DNA of 64,000 nt from Dimorphilus gyrociliatus (taxonomy: Eukaryota; Animalia; Annelida), in NCBI GenBank assembly GCA_904063045.1, contig CAJFCJ010000004.1, forward strand, positions 184,195 through 248,194, read 5' to 3'. The notes under the pieces are model-generated. The model did not search any database and was not told where the DNA came from. It was given only the letters and a program-made list of their open reading frames with translations. Positions 12,820 to 25,327 of the stretch are shown piece by piece; positions within the stretch are counted from its first letter, which is position 1; each line of letters opens with the position of its first letter. The translations under genes and the position numbers were made by a program.

Positions 12820-14858
12820 AGTTTCTTCTCTTATCAATTACTTTTACTAAAATATCCAAGTTTTAGTCGAAAAAGTCAATGGTGCATCAAAAAATAGCCA
12901 ACAGTTTGACAGGCTGTCAATTATAGACATTTCTGCATGCTTAATCACTGTAATATGATGGTTTTCACGAAACCCGATACAAATCCATTTGTTTGTCGGC
13001 CATTTTGAAAAATGATGGTACCGTACTATTTTGCAATGCTCGTCGCAAAGTAAGCTAACCAATTGATTCGAGTAATTCTTTCTTGACCAAAAAGGGAAAG
13101 AGAGTAATTGATATTTACAAGGTCAAGGTTAGCAAGTTATATTACTCATGATCTCACATAGCGGAAGTTCCAGAAAGTAGTATAAAAAATTCACAAAAAA
13201 GAAGGAAAATAAATGGAAAATAAAGTTTTCAGCTATTAAAATGTCTATTTGTAACGTTTCTGTTTAGTTTTTAAGAAAAGAATTAGAGAAATATTTTATA
13301 CGAATATAAGTCCAGTAAACCCATATTAAGATGCAAAGGTGATAAAACACCAGGGTATTACTATATAATTAGACTATATATTGTATTGGGCAGGGCAAAG
13401 CCATTTTTAGATAATTTTTTAAATTAATTGGTTCTTTTTTTGTTATTTATAGAATGCAGGCGGTTTGTACATTCATCCTAATAATTTGTTTTCTTTTTGT
13501 ATTAAAAATCCAATATTTATTATTAAAAGTAGGTTAAATGCATTATTATTTTTTTCTTATAGATGTAAGACTTTACTTATAAATTTGTTTTACTCTGAAA
13601 TGGAATTAAAAATCAGTTAAAGTAATTAAGAATTTTACAAAGAATTCTGTATTTTGATTTTAATAGAATTTTCCCTTTACTTTAATCAATCAATCTCAAA
13701 CTAATAGTTATAAAAACAATTTAGCCTATCCTCCATCCAACCAAGAAGATAATTTGATTAGAGCAAGAAGGGAATTGATTACTAATGACTTGGAAGAGAA
13801 AAGAAAATAATGTGAAATTTAATACTTAGAAAACGATAAAATGTAAATAACACCGAAGAAAAAAGTCACAAGAATAGTAGATAAAATGATTTTTTTTAAT
13901 AACCACGTGATAATTTATTGTGGATCATTTGACGAAGAGATAATCCGATTTTTTTAATCGATCGTAGTGGGAAAATATATTATTATAGACACATATTTTA
14001 GCAATTTACGAAACAAAAGTAAAAAATTGTCAATAAACTAATCGTCTAAACATGAAAAAGCTCTCACAATAAGAGAATTTAAAGACAAAATCACTAAAAA
14101 GTTTTACTTTCACCCTTTGCCCTTAAGGTACGCATGAAAAGAGAAATTTTAAAGAAACTTTAAGATCGATATGTTATCAGCATAATGTCAATCAAAGAAC
14201 TGTAATTTTTCTGAAGCGGAGAATAAAAGAGGTAAAAAGAATAGAAACAAAAAGAAATGCTGGCATCAATCAAATCAATTTGTTAATTAACGACGAATTT
14301 GAAATTGTCTATCGATTTATTTTCAAAGGAATCTAAATTGTATAGTCTGAATAGTCTAGAAGGGCTAGTCGACTATTCCATTTATACTAAAGAAAGAATC
14401 ACCTAATTTAAAAAATGGTTTAAGGCAAACGTGGAAGATATTATCCAGCAGTGGTCAGGGTATTGTTACCCAACTTTGGCAGCTTTGTTTATCCTTGTTG
14501 TGATAAATTATGGGGTTGAAAACAGATTTCTTTGTACACGGGGATCATATTTCAGATTTAAATTGTAGAGGAAAATTGATAACGAGGAAGATTAGATTTG
14601 AATGAGAAACAGTCCTATATAATATCCCGAACACGTCTTCTATTTCATTTAACAATCATTTGATAAAACCTGTCATGAATTCAATTTCATATGGCTCTCA
14701 TTATGTTTCAATCTTATTAAATTTCATATGTTTAAATGAAGATTTCGTCATCATTAATCTTTAAATATATTTATTTTAATTGCAAGTATAATTTCATCGG
14801 AAGAGAAAAAACACTACTTACGGAAGAGTGAAATTTTGATGTAATCCTATATAAAACA

Positions 14859-17800
14859 ATGAACAGGAATGCAGTCAATTCACCATCGCTAAAAGATTAT
14901 CATGATCTACGCTCAAGAGCTGAATTAGAAAGATCTCCTGCTGAACATGAATTGATTAGTGAAAATTATGAACGAGGTTATTATATAAAATATTTTCTGC
15001 AGCTATAAGTTTATATTGCTATCATCTAGAAACTAGTGTAAGTAGCCCTATGGGACTGAATGAATTAAGTACAAAGTATATGGAGATTTTAAAGCAAAGA
15101 GAAAAAGAAAGAGAGATATTTCGAAATCTTCAGATTAGGTTACGTACACGTGAGGGACAATTTCGAATTCTTCGCCATGCTATGGGAGATGCTACGATAA
15201 CTAAGATATTAACAACAGTCAATTTACCGAATATCTGTTTAGGGCGAAGGCTTAATGAAAGTAACTTGGAAGAAAGATTTATGGATGCTGAAGATAAAAT
15301 TCGTCAAATGCAGATCGACTATTCAGGAACTCTACATAAACTAGAAGAACTAAGTGCTAATAAACATGATCTATTAGATGAAATAGATAAACTGGAGGAA
15401 AATATAATAGACTCTCAAAAAAGTTTACTTAGTGTTCAAAAAGACAACAAATATTATAATAATATGGTAAAAAGCATTCAAAAAGGCAACCAGAAGACTG
15501 TAATTAACATAAATATTCGTTGTTATATTAATAATCTAGATTAATTAAAAATTCTTTACAATATAGGATAAAGAGATTAAGAATGATCTTATTCAAATTG
15601 TTGAAATTCAATTAGCTCAAAAACAAACACTGATTGGAAAGATTGCAAGTATGAATAAGAAACACAAAGAATATGAAAGAATAATCCGATCTATGAACAA
15701 AGAGGTAGAATTGAAAGATTGTAACCAACTGTATTGAATAGTTAAATGCTTTTTTATAACAAAATATTAATTAATTATAGTTAAAAACTGGCCATGACCC
15801 TGTTCAAAATCTACTTTTAAAGAATAAAACTTTAAAATTGGATAATGCTGCCTTAAAAGCTACCTCTTCTGAATTAAGAGTGCTTTTATATCATCAATAT
15901 AGTAAAACAGAAAGTAAATCTAATTCAAGTGAATCATTTAAAGAAAGAGATCAATTACTTCAAATTATAAAAGGTTTGAAAGAACAAGTAAATCTTAGAG
16001 AAGTAAGCATTAAATCAAATTATTTATTAATTACTAAATAACTATCGATGATTTTTTCTAAACCTTTTTAAGAAATATGAGAATTCAGAAAGACAAAAGT
16101 TAGTTACTTACCAAATGAGAATATCTAATTTAATCTCTGAAAAGAAAAGGATAGAAGTTCAATGCCAAGAATTGAAAGATAATTTACAATCTCTTATAGA
16201 AAAAGTATATTTTACTCTATTAGAACTTTTTTTTTTGTAAAAAGAAACTTTCTTCAATTAACTTGTTCGTTACATAGCCAATCAATAATCCTGATGATCG
16301 TGAGAAACTCTTGGAAAGGAAAATCTACAAATTGACCCAAGAGCTAATGGAACAAAAATTACAGAATGAAAAATTGCAAGATGAATTAAGCAGTTTTCAA
16401 TCATCCGACTCTTCTGATGATTGTAATTCTGAGAATAGTACAAAGAACGAAATTAAGCGTTTACATTTAACTATTGACAACCTGAAGGAAAGGTATTAAA
16501 ACAATAATTTAGAAAATATCCTTTTACACCAAATTAATTAAAAAATTTCCATTCTCTCATTAGAAACTTTGACCTTGAAAAACTCAATAAACAGGCAGAA
16601 CTGAGAATAAATTCTCTAAGAGCAGATATAGCCTCTCTAACTGAACAGAGTTCCAAGATAAATACGGATGATATGCAATATAAACTCATTCAAATCGAAT
16701 CTGAGAAGGAGAAACTGTCTTGTGAAAAAAATTTATTAGAGGAGAAAGCCAATCAATTAGAAAACGAAGTGAAATTTATAAAAGAACTTCAGTTAGAGCT
16801 TGAAAAAGAAAAGAAATTAAGACAAACTGTAGAAGATCAATTATCAACTCTGAAGGAGAGTGAAAAAAATGAGGAAAATAAAAGGAATAGAAAAGATATA
16901 GAGAATGAGCTTGAAGAAGTTACTAAAGACAGAAATATGCTTAATGATAAAATGTTAGAATTATCAGATACTTTGCAAAAACTGAGAACAACTCAAGAGG
17001 ATATGACAAAAAGAAAGAATTGTTTAAATGATCATATAAATCTATCACAGGGGTTCACCGATGAGAGAGTGAGATATACTAAAAAAATTGAGACTTTGGA
17101 AAATAAATTAAAAAGTGCCGAAAAAAAATTAACTTTAGAAGAGCAAAGGTCAAATAAAGCTAAACTTACTGAGCTCTCTTTGGAAAAGGAAATTAGGATA
17201 TTAAGTAGGCAGAATGAAAAAATCAAACAAGAGAATATAGTTCTGAAAGAGAGTAATCAAAGTCTACAAGCGGTTAGAGAAGATATTCAACATCTCGAAA
17301 ACAAGGGAAAGGACTTAGAGAGATCTGCAATGGATATAAAGAACAAGCATAAAGATGTTCATAAACAATATAAACATTTAAACGATGAAATGCAAAAAGA
17401 TATTACCGATTTGCACAATTGCGTTTATCACGCTGCACTAGAAATGAAAGAATTTATGTCAAATGGTGGTAATTTCGATGATAAGGAAATAAAAGAGATC
17501 GTTAAAGATTTGACAGAGGAAAAAAAAACACAGGTTCAAGTTATTAACAAGTTGCATGACAAAATAAAGAGTTTGGACGAGGATATTAGACGCTATGAAA
17601 CGGAGATTGCTAACTCTAATAAGGTAAATCAAAATTTAGAGAATTGGAACAATGAACTCAAGAATGAGGTAGAGAAGATATCTAAAAAACTCGAAGAAGA
17701 ATTATCAGAAAGGGACAAAGTTGAAGGCGAGTTGGATAACGTTAAAAAAAATCTGTCAATTTCCATTGAAAATTCTCATACTCTAGAAAATAGGATAGCC

Positions 17801-19583
17801 TTATTAGAGCAAAATGGTCAAAATAAAGATAAACAATTAGACGTTCTTGAGAAAGAATTAGAAATGATATATCAAGAATTAGATCATTTTAAAACTAAAG
17901 TTGCTGAAAATGGAATAGAATTAAAGAAAAAAGAAGAAATAAATATTGAATTAATAAAAACTTTAGAGGAAATTAAAAGTGAAAATGAATGTTTGAAAAA
18001 CGAAAGTCTTACTGCTTATAATAGTAAAACTAATTTAGACGAGACTCTGTATAGAAGTCAGCAAGAATTGGAAGAATTAACAAACGTAAACTTTGAGCTT
18101 AAACTTAAACTAAAACAGAATGAAACGAATGAATTAAAATTAATTGAAAAGCTTAAAGAATTAGAAACGAAAATTAATTCAATTAATAAGGTAAAACTAT
18201 TTATTATCATTCATATTATTTTCATTGAAATAGAGGATTGTTAACAATTATTGTTATCCTTATTATCTCTTTCCCATTCTAGAAATATGATGCAGAAATT
18301 AACAAAAAATTTGAAGAGCAACAAGAATTAAATTCATCTCTGCTGAATGTTCAACAGGAATTGCAAAATAAAATATCTGAATATGAGTAAGATACCTTTC
18401 TTTAACTAACAATTAAAGATAAAAACGTTTCTTTTTAATCAGTAAATTATATAAACAACTCGAATTAGAGAGGCAATTTAAATGTCAACTTGAAAATGAT
18501 AAAAGAAAACTGGATTTATTAATACAAGATTTAATTAAGGAAAAAGGACTTTTAAAGAGTACGATAGAAGATTTGAAAAAACAAAATTTAATTGAAGAAA
18601 ATGATAATAGTCAGACAGTTTCAACTCATGAAATTACAAGGAAATTAAGTTATTTAGTACAAGTATAGTATTATTAATAAAAGATAAATACACCAAATAA
18701 AGTGATTCTCATTCCTTTGTCTAGGTAAATTGTCAAATATGCCAAACTCATATTGATAGTAATGATAAGGTAAATATAATAGACATTATACTTTGCATTT
18801 ATTTTACTAAGTAATCATTTGTTTATGCAATGTTAAAAATCTCCAGTTGACATGCGCTATATGCTGTAGAGAACTTTGTTCAGAATGCTGCAGTCAAAGT
18901 GAAATATCAACAACCAAGTAATACATTGATTCCCTTCTCTTCATATCAACTTAACAATTCTACTATATTTAGTATAACATCTAGATTTTGCGATGAATGT
19001 TACTCATTGAGACGAAAGGATGCCGATAATATAAATCAAAATTCATCTAAAATCACTTGCGCTTCAAATAAGGCATCGTAAGTAATAATATAAGTAGACA
19101 TAAATATCATGAAGAGCTGACATTATCTATGTATCTTTTAGAGATCACATTATCTACCCATCTCGAATGGTTGACAAAAAATTGCATATGGAGGGACTTT
19201 CTCTTGGTAGATACGAAGAACATGTTGTACCTATTTATATTGATAAAATAGGTACAAAATTAATCTGGAAATTTCACTCAAATCCAAAAGATATACAATT
19301 ATCCTTAGAATTTTATAGAAATATAAAAGAATTTGATAAAGAGAATATTACTCAACAAGTTATAGAACCAACAGTTTACGGTTGTTCAAAAAAAATCTTT
19401 ACAGGAAAGTTAAATGTTCATAAAGCTGGATTTTATGTTTTCAAATTCAATAATATTATAAATGAAGACATCCAGTAAGTTGATTTTTAATGCTCGCAAA
19501 AAATGAACTTATAGTATTATTTAAAAACAAACAGCCAGATAGAGAATTATTTATCCTACGAATTATTGATTGATGAAAAGTGA
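14859..19583 (+). CDS. FYCO1: Long coiled-coil protein with a FYVE-like Zn finger and a C-terminal GOLD domain (FYCO1-like); spliced
   Basis: About 900 aa of heptad-rich exons (15030-18660) precede an 8-Cys finger spliced as CQIC...CAIC....CSEC...CDEC. A GOLD-like segment follows (LIWKFHSNPKDIQLSLEF...GKLNVHKAGFYVFKFNN). No RUN domain was seen, and both ends are approximate. Confidence 0.6.
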
Positions 19584-19860
19584 GAGAAAGGAGATTATGA
19601 GACAAACAAAGCATATACGTTTTTCATATGCTAAACAGCTGTTATACAACATTATATATATATTATTTTCAAATTTATATAAGAAGTAAAGATACTTAAT
19701 AAAATATAAAAACCTATAATATGCATTAGTTTTTTAAATAAAATACAAAAATATGTCAATAGAACCAGATTTTTCGGTTCTCATCCAAGCTGTACGTTAT
19801 TTAGCCATACCATTTCCGCTCACAACTTGTGGCTGGGTTTTAATAACTCAACTACCTGTA

Positions 19861-22425
19861 ATGTCCAGATTATTAACCGAAGAAGCACATAATCTTTTCA
19901 GTACCAAAAATATGAAGCTAGTCTTTTTGAGCATTGTTGTTTTGGCGATTATTTTTGGTAATTTATTTTGTTGTTAGAGAAATTAATTCTACTATTTAAT
20001 AATAGACAATTAAGAGATACATTACTTTTATTTTTAAACGAATCCTGAATAAATAAATTCGCCTTTTGTTTTGGACAGCTGTTGGATATACTGCAGTATC
20101 CCCATTATCATCGTAAGTATAAACAAACTTAGTTTTGAAAGGTAATTCTTCATAAGTTTACTTTATCTATTCATTTTATATAGAATTAGAGACAGAGGGT
20201 CCAACAGAGACTTAAGAGAGTTCAAAGATAACGTAGCAGCCTTAACAGCAAAAATACAAAAATTTGAGTCGGCGTAAGTAAAAACCAATAAGATGTCAAT
20301 ATTACATTTACAGTTGTGCATATTATCACAATGGTACAGCTTTGAATATATATGATATAGTGATAAGTTCTTTATACTCATATAGTGCTAACAAGGAAAG
20401 TACCCCTAAAGATACTGAAGAATTAAAAAAAGACCTAGCAGAAATAAAAGAGAAATTTCTAAAATTTGAAACAGGGTAAGTAAAATTAATTAACTAAGAT
20501 TTCAATAGAATTTGGTAAATTGAAATATACAGTATAGATTTCTTATTTTTATCCAAATAGATATAGTCAAAAAACAGAAATTGAAGAATTGAAAAATACC
20601 ATCGCAGAACTAAAAGCTCAAGTACATCTACTTGAATCAGGGTATGTACAATTATTCTAATAAATATAAAAACTAGAATTTATGACGACTTTCCAATATA
20701 TAATAATATATAACTTTATATATTTGATATGCTATTTGGCTGAAAAGTTATAATAAACTCAGTCATTTAAAAACAAAGATATTACTTCCCAAAACGATAT
20801 GATAACTTGTATATTAAATGCTTCAGCTTAAAACCAGATAATGTGTAAGTTACAACCTTGCAATGAGTTTATCATCTTTAAATAATTCACTTAAAATAAA
20901 TATTAAACGCAATTCTTATTAACTGCCTTTTTGTATAATTATATTATTGATTATGTGGCTTTTCTTTCATTTTCAATCATATTTTAAATTTTTTTTATTA
21001 GGCTGTTGTGTAGTTTTTTAATGTTCTTCCATATCATTACAGGCAGTTGATTGTTAGATGACTGTTCGTAATAATTATCTTTTTCTTATTACTTTTATCC
21101 GAAACGAATTATTTTCAAAAAATCTCTAACAACCGTCAATATGTTATATATTGGAAATAATTTAGAATATCTTATACAGGCACAAAAGATATCCCGAAGT
21201 AAAATTTTTAAATTATAAAGATAGAAAGAGAATATTAATAACCGGTGGTGCGGGATTTGTTGGTTCACATTTGGTTGATCAACTAATGTTAGCCGGTCAT
21301 GAAGTTATTGTTGCCGATAATTTTTTTACTGGAAGACGAAGAAACGTTGAACACTGGATAGGGCATGAAAACTTTGAGTTAATACATCATGACGTAGTTA
21401 ATCCATTATTTATTGAGGTAAGGGTACTATCCATCATATATACTGTATTTAGAACAATTAAAAGGACATCTAATTATCATATTTTTCCCCTTTATAAGGT
21501 TGATCAAATATATCATTTGGCGTCACCTGCTTCACCTCCTAATTATATGTATAATCCAATAAAAACAATTAAAACAAATGCTGTTGGCACTATTAATATG
21601 CTTGGTATAAGTTTACATATTTTCTCAATTGTCATTAGTGACCGTGTTTGTTTTTCTTTTTCACATGCAAACTAAAGGTCTAGCCAAAAGGGTTAAAGCA
21701 AGACTACTCTTGGCCTCCACGTCGGAAGTGTACGGTGACCCCGAAGTTCACCCTCAACGAGAAGACTATTGGGGTCACGTTAATCCAATAGGACCACGAG
21801 CTTGTTACGATGAAGGGAAACGAGTTGCTGAAACTATGTGCTTTGCTTATAAAAAACAGGAAAATGTTGAGATTAGAGTAGCAAGAATTTTCAATACATT
21901 CGGTCCAAGAATGCACATGAATGATGGAAGAGTAGTTTCAAATTTTATTCTACAAGCCTTGCAAAATAATGATATTACTATATATGGCAATGGTACTCAA
22001 ACAAGGTTGGAATTTGATTAGGTTATATTTTGTTAATAGTTTTACCAATTATTTAAATTTTTCGCAGATCTTTTCAATATGTTAGCGATCTAGTGGCAGG
22101 TTTAATATCACTAATGAATAGTAATTACTCTTTTCCTGTAAACATTGGAAATCCTGATGAGCATACGATTCTGAATTTTGCTCAAATAATCAAATCACTC
22201 GTTGGGGGTACTTCAGAGATTGTCCATAAAAAAGCAATGACTGATGATCCAAGAAAGCGTAAACCAGATATTTCATTGGCTAGGAAAGAATTAAATTGGA
22301 TGCCTAAAGTTGATATGATAGCAGGAATTAACAAAACAATTGATTTTTTCCGCAGTGAACTGGTTAGGTCAAAACATCAAGAAAGAAACTTTTTTAAACC
22401 TCATTTAGATCAAATATCTCCTTGA
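19861..22425 (+). CDS. UXS1: UDP-glucuronic acid decarboxylase (UDP-xylose synthase), type II membrane protein; spliced
   Basis: Exon 1 carries a signal anchor ([15 protein letters not shown]). Stem exons 20079-20112, 20184-20273, 20386-20475 and 20561-20641 splice in frame to [38 protein letters not shown] and YDEGKR (YxxxK) are present. Confidence 0.95.
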
Positions 22426-22441
22426 AATATCTCCTTGAAAT
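22412..22441 (+). repeat. 13-bp tandem duplication (AAATATCTCCTTG x2) spanning the UXS1 stop codon
   Basis: Read directly: aaatatctccttg aaatatctccttg aaat. Confidence 0.9.
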
Positions 22442-22841
22442 TATACATTTTTTATATAGCTACAGATTACCACTACTAAGGAAAAAGGATTTGCCTCTAA
22501 TAATTGTTTATATTCTTTTATTTAATTAATTTATAATTTCACTAAATCGTAAATGTTTTATGAAGGGGGAATAGATTTGCAGCACATTTTTTTATCGTGT
22601 TTCTATCAAACACATGTGATACAATTGACATAAATGCTTTTTACCTCTGTGATTATGAAAGAATAAAATAATTGAAGTAAACATATATTGTTCAAGTATA
22701 TCTGATGAATTATAGAGTTTAGTAATACCAAATTTATAAATATAACTGGTAGATGATATATTTTACTATATTGGTCATTTAGTTACTCAGAGTCGGTTAG
22801 ACATAGACATATTCAACAAACTAGAAACTTCTTTAGGAACA

Positions 22842-23819
22842 ATGGTAAGTTAATTTAAACTTTGAGAAACTTTCACAAAACACTATACCTAATATAAACC
22901 CTCTTTTAGTCCACATTAACAGATGAACAAATGAATGGTAAATATTAAATATAGTAATACTTGTAAAAGTACTAATTGTCTTTGTCATATTTATATCAGA
23001 ATACCATGAGACCTTTCTACTTTTTGATACTGTTGGGGATAACAAAATTGCAGCCAGTCAACTAGGAGATGTTTTAAGAGCTATGGGACAAAATCCAACA
23101 GAGAACGATGTGAAGAAATGTCTAAAAGATGGTAATGTGCGCTTAAGTTTTGAGCAATTTCTACCCATCTTAACAGGCATCGCTAAAAGTAAACCAAGTA
23201 ATACTTTGGAAGATTTTACTGAAGGTTTCAAGGTAAGAACAATAAACGTTTTCATACATAAACCATAAAAAACAATCAGCTATAGACTGGTTTGGAAGTC
23301 TCTAAAAGGATTTAATTACACATACACTTTTTGCATAAGAAATGATAAAATTTCACTTAAAAAAGAAACTTTTATCTTTTTACCGAAATGGTATAATTAC
23401 AGTTTTAATGAGTAAATACTACTAAACTTTTTTCTCTCTCTATAAACTACTAGTTAAATTTTCCAAAAGCCATTTATTACTGTTTGTTATCTACGAGCAA
23501 TTGAGTATTACAATAAACACTTTTTTATCTATCTTTGTAAATATAATGTACAGGTTTTCGATAAGGAACAAAACGGGACTATCAATTCAGCCGAATTACG
23601 ATACTTATTGACCTCTTTAGGCGATAAACTTAGCGACGATGAGGTTGAACAACTCTTAACTGGCCACGAGGATCCTCAAGGGAATGTACATTACGAGAGT
23701 AAGACATCAAAATTTATTTATTGATGATATTACAAGCTGATAGATTATATTATCTATTAAATAATATCTTAATTGTTTCAGATTTCGTTAAATCGGTTGT
23801 CGCTGGAGGAAGTTTTTAG
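22842..23819 (+). CDS. MYL6: Myosin essential (alkali) light chain, non-muscle type (MYL6/Mlc-c-like); spliced
   Basis: The first coding exon is ATG only (22842-22844, then gtaagt), typical of EF-hand genes. It continues STLTDEQMN|EYHETFLLFD..GDNKI...LGDVLRAMGQNPT, VFDKEQNGTINSAELRYLLTSLGDKL and FVKSVVAGGSF*. Confidence 0.9.
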
Positions 23820-25034
23820 CGGCTATTTATTTATACGATACTCTCAATTCTGCAACAACAAAAAGAATTCCTTAATCAGAATTCTTTTAGAGTAAAAAGA
23901 TATTCTCAATCAACCTTTTTTTGTAGATAAGAAAGCGACACGCCTTCTTTGCTTTAATATAACTTCGGCAAAGCTATAGTTTTATATACGCTATTTATAA
24001 TAAAAAAAAAAAATATTTATATATATATATATATAATATATCTAATTACGTCCATAAATATTTCTCTGTCTGTGACAGTCTCTTCCGTGTGCTTTAAAGA
24101 GTATCTAAGACAATAGATCTGGCCACTATATGTGTTTTATTATTATAAATGTCTTTGATAATTTTATGGCTTATTCAAAGGAATGTGAAATATTTTTTGC
24201 AATTGATTCAAGTATAAAATATTCGCCGACTTAATGCTAGTCATAGTTGGACATGATATAAAGATTTTTGTTCCCTCTTATTGCATAATATATGCTATAT
24301 TTTTTGCCTTAATATTTAAATAAAAAGCATTCTTTCATAACTGCATAAAAAGAATTGTAATATATATTTTGAGGTATCTTTTTTAGCTATAAAATCTTAT
24401 TTTCAGGTTTCACATTTATAACTTTTAGAGCAAAGACTACAATACTATTTAATAAAGTTTTATATACTTTATTAGCATACATTAACCAGCAGACTCAACA
24501 AACGATAAAAATTAAAGTTATTAGAATATAGATGGCGTAGTCTTCTAAGTAAATGTTCTTTAATTGGCCACAGGACATATTTTGTTTTGACAAAATATTA
24601 CGTTTAAACAAAAGAAAAGGACCTGATTCTATGAAAAAATTAATAATGATATACTTTTAATATCAATAGTCATTTATTAGTATTTCATTAGTACCATTTC
24701 TAACTTAATTAAAAAAATATACCTTTTTTTGTTGATATTCCATGAAATATTCAATAGATTCTAAATAGAAACGAAAAAATACATTTAACTATATCCAGCG
24801 AACTTTTGAGCGGTAAAGTGCTAAAACTTTTTCCAAAGTATGAATATCTTTGAGGAGATTATAGAAAAAATCAAAAAACTAAGTCACTGTTGTTAGGAAC
24901 TAAGTCTGTTTTTTAGGTCTTTTTTAACCTAGCTTTTTGTCAATAAATCTATAACTGATTTTCTACGAGTAGGTCCAAAACATTTCGCTGAGTTGCCGTG
25001 TACGAAAATAGATATTGCGTAAAGGTAGCTAGAA

Positions 25035-25206
25035 CGCATGCGCTCGAACGAGAAAATACTAGATCACGCATGCGCTTAGGCAGTCTGAGACAAGTTTGAG
25101 CACCAGGCGAGTCGATACGACCTACGTCAGCAGTCTGTATTATTTTCAGCTATAGGCTTACATCATGCATATAGTATATAAGCTCGCCGTTCGCTCAGAA
25201 ATATCA
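25035..25206 (+). promoter_or_regulatory. Putative promoter of the vWA gene: two CGCATGCGC (NRF1-type) sites, a TATA box and an initiator-like site
   Basis: CGCATGCGC at 25035-25043 and 25067-25075. TATATAAG at 25175-25182, with TCA at 25204-25206 about 30 nt downstream. Confidence 0.45.
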
Positions 25207-25327
25207 AACAGTTCTAACAGAACACAGCTTAAAAAGGAAAAAAAAGCTAAAGACAGCTTGATAACTAATAAAAGAAAACTTTTATTCCTTATTCCTAAAT
25301 ACTTTACAAAACTCTAATTCAAAAATT

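Noticed and set aside
12035-12821. Plus-strand ORFs opposite the TRIM gene, and similar antisense ORFs at 6989, 7640, 17032, 49208 and 50956
   Set aside because: They are antisense shadows of real coding exons and carry no motifs.
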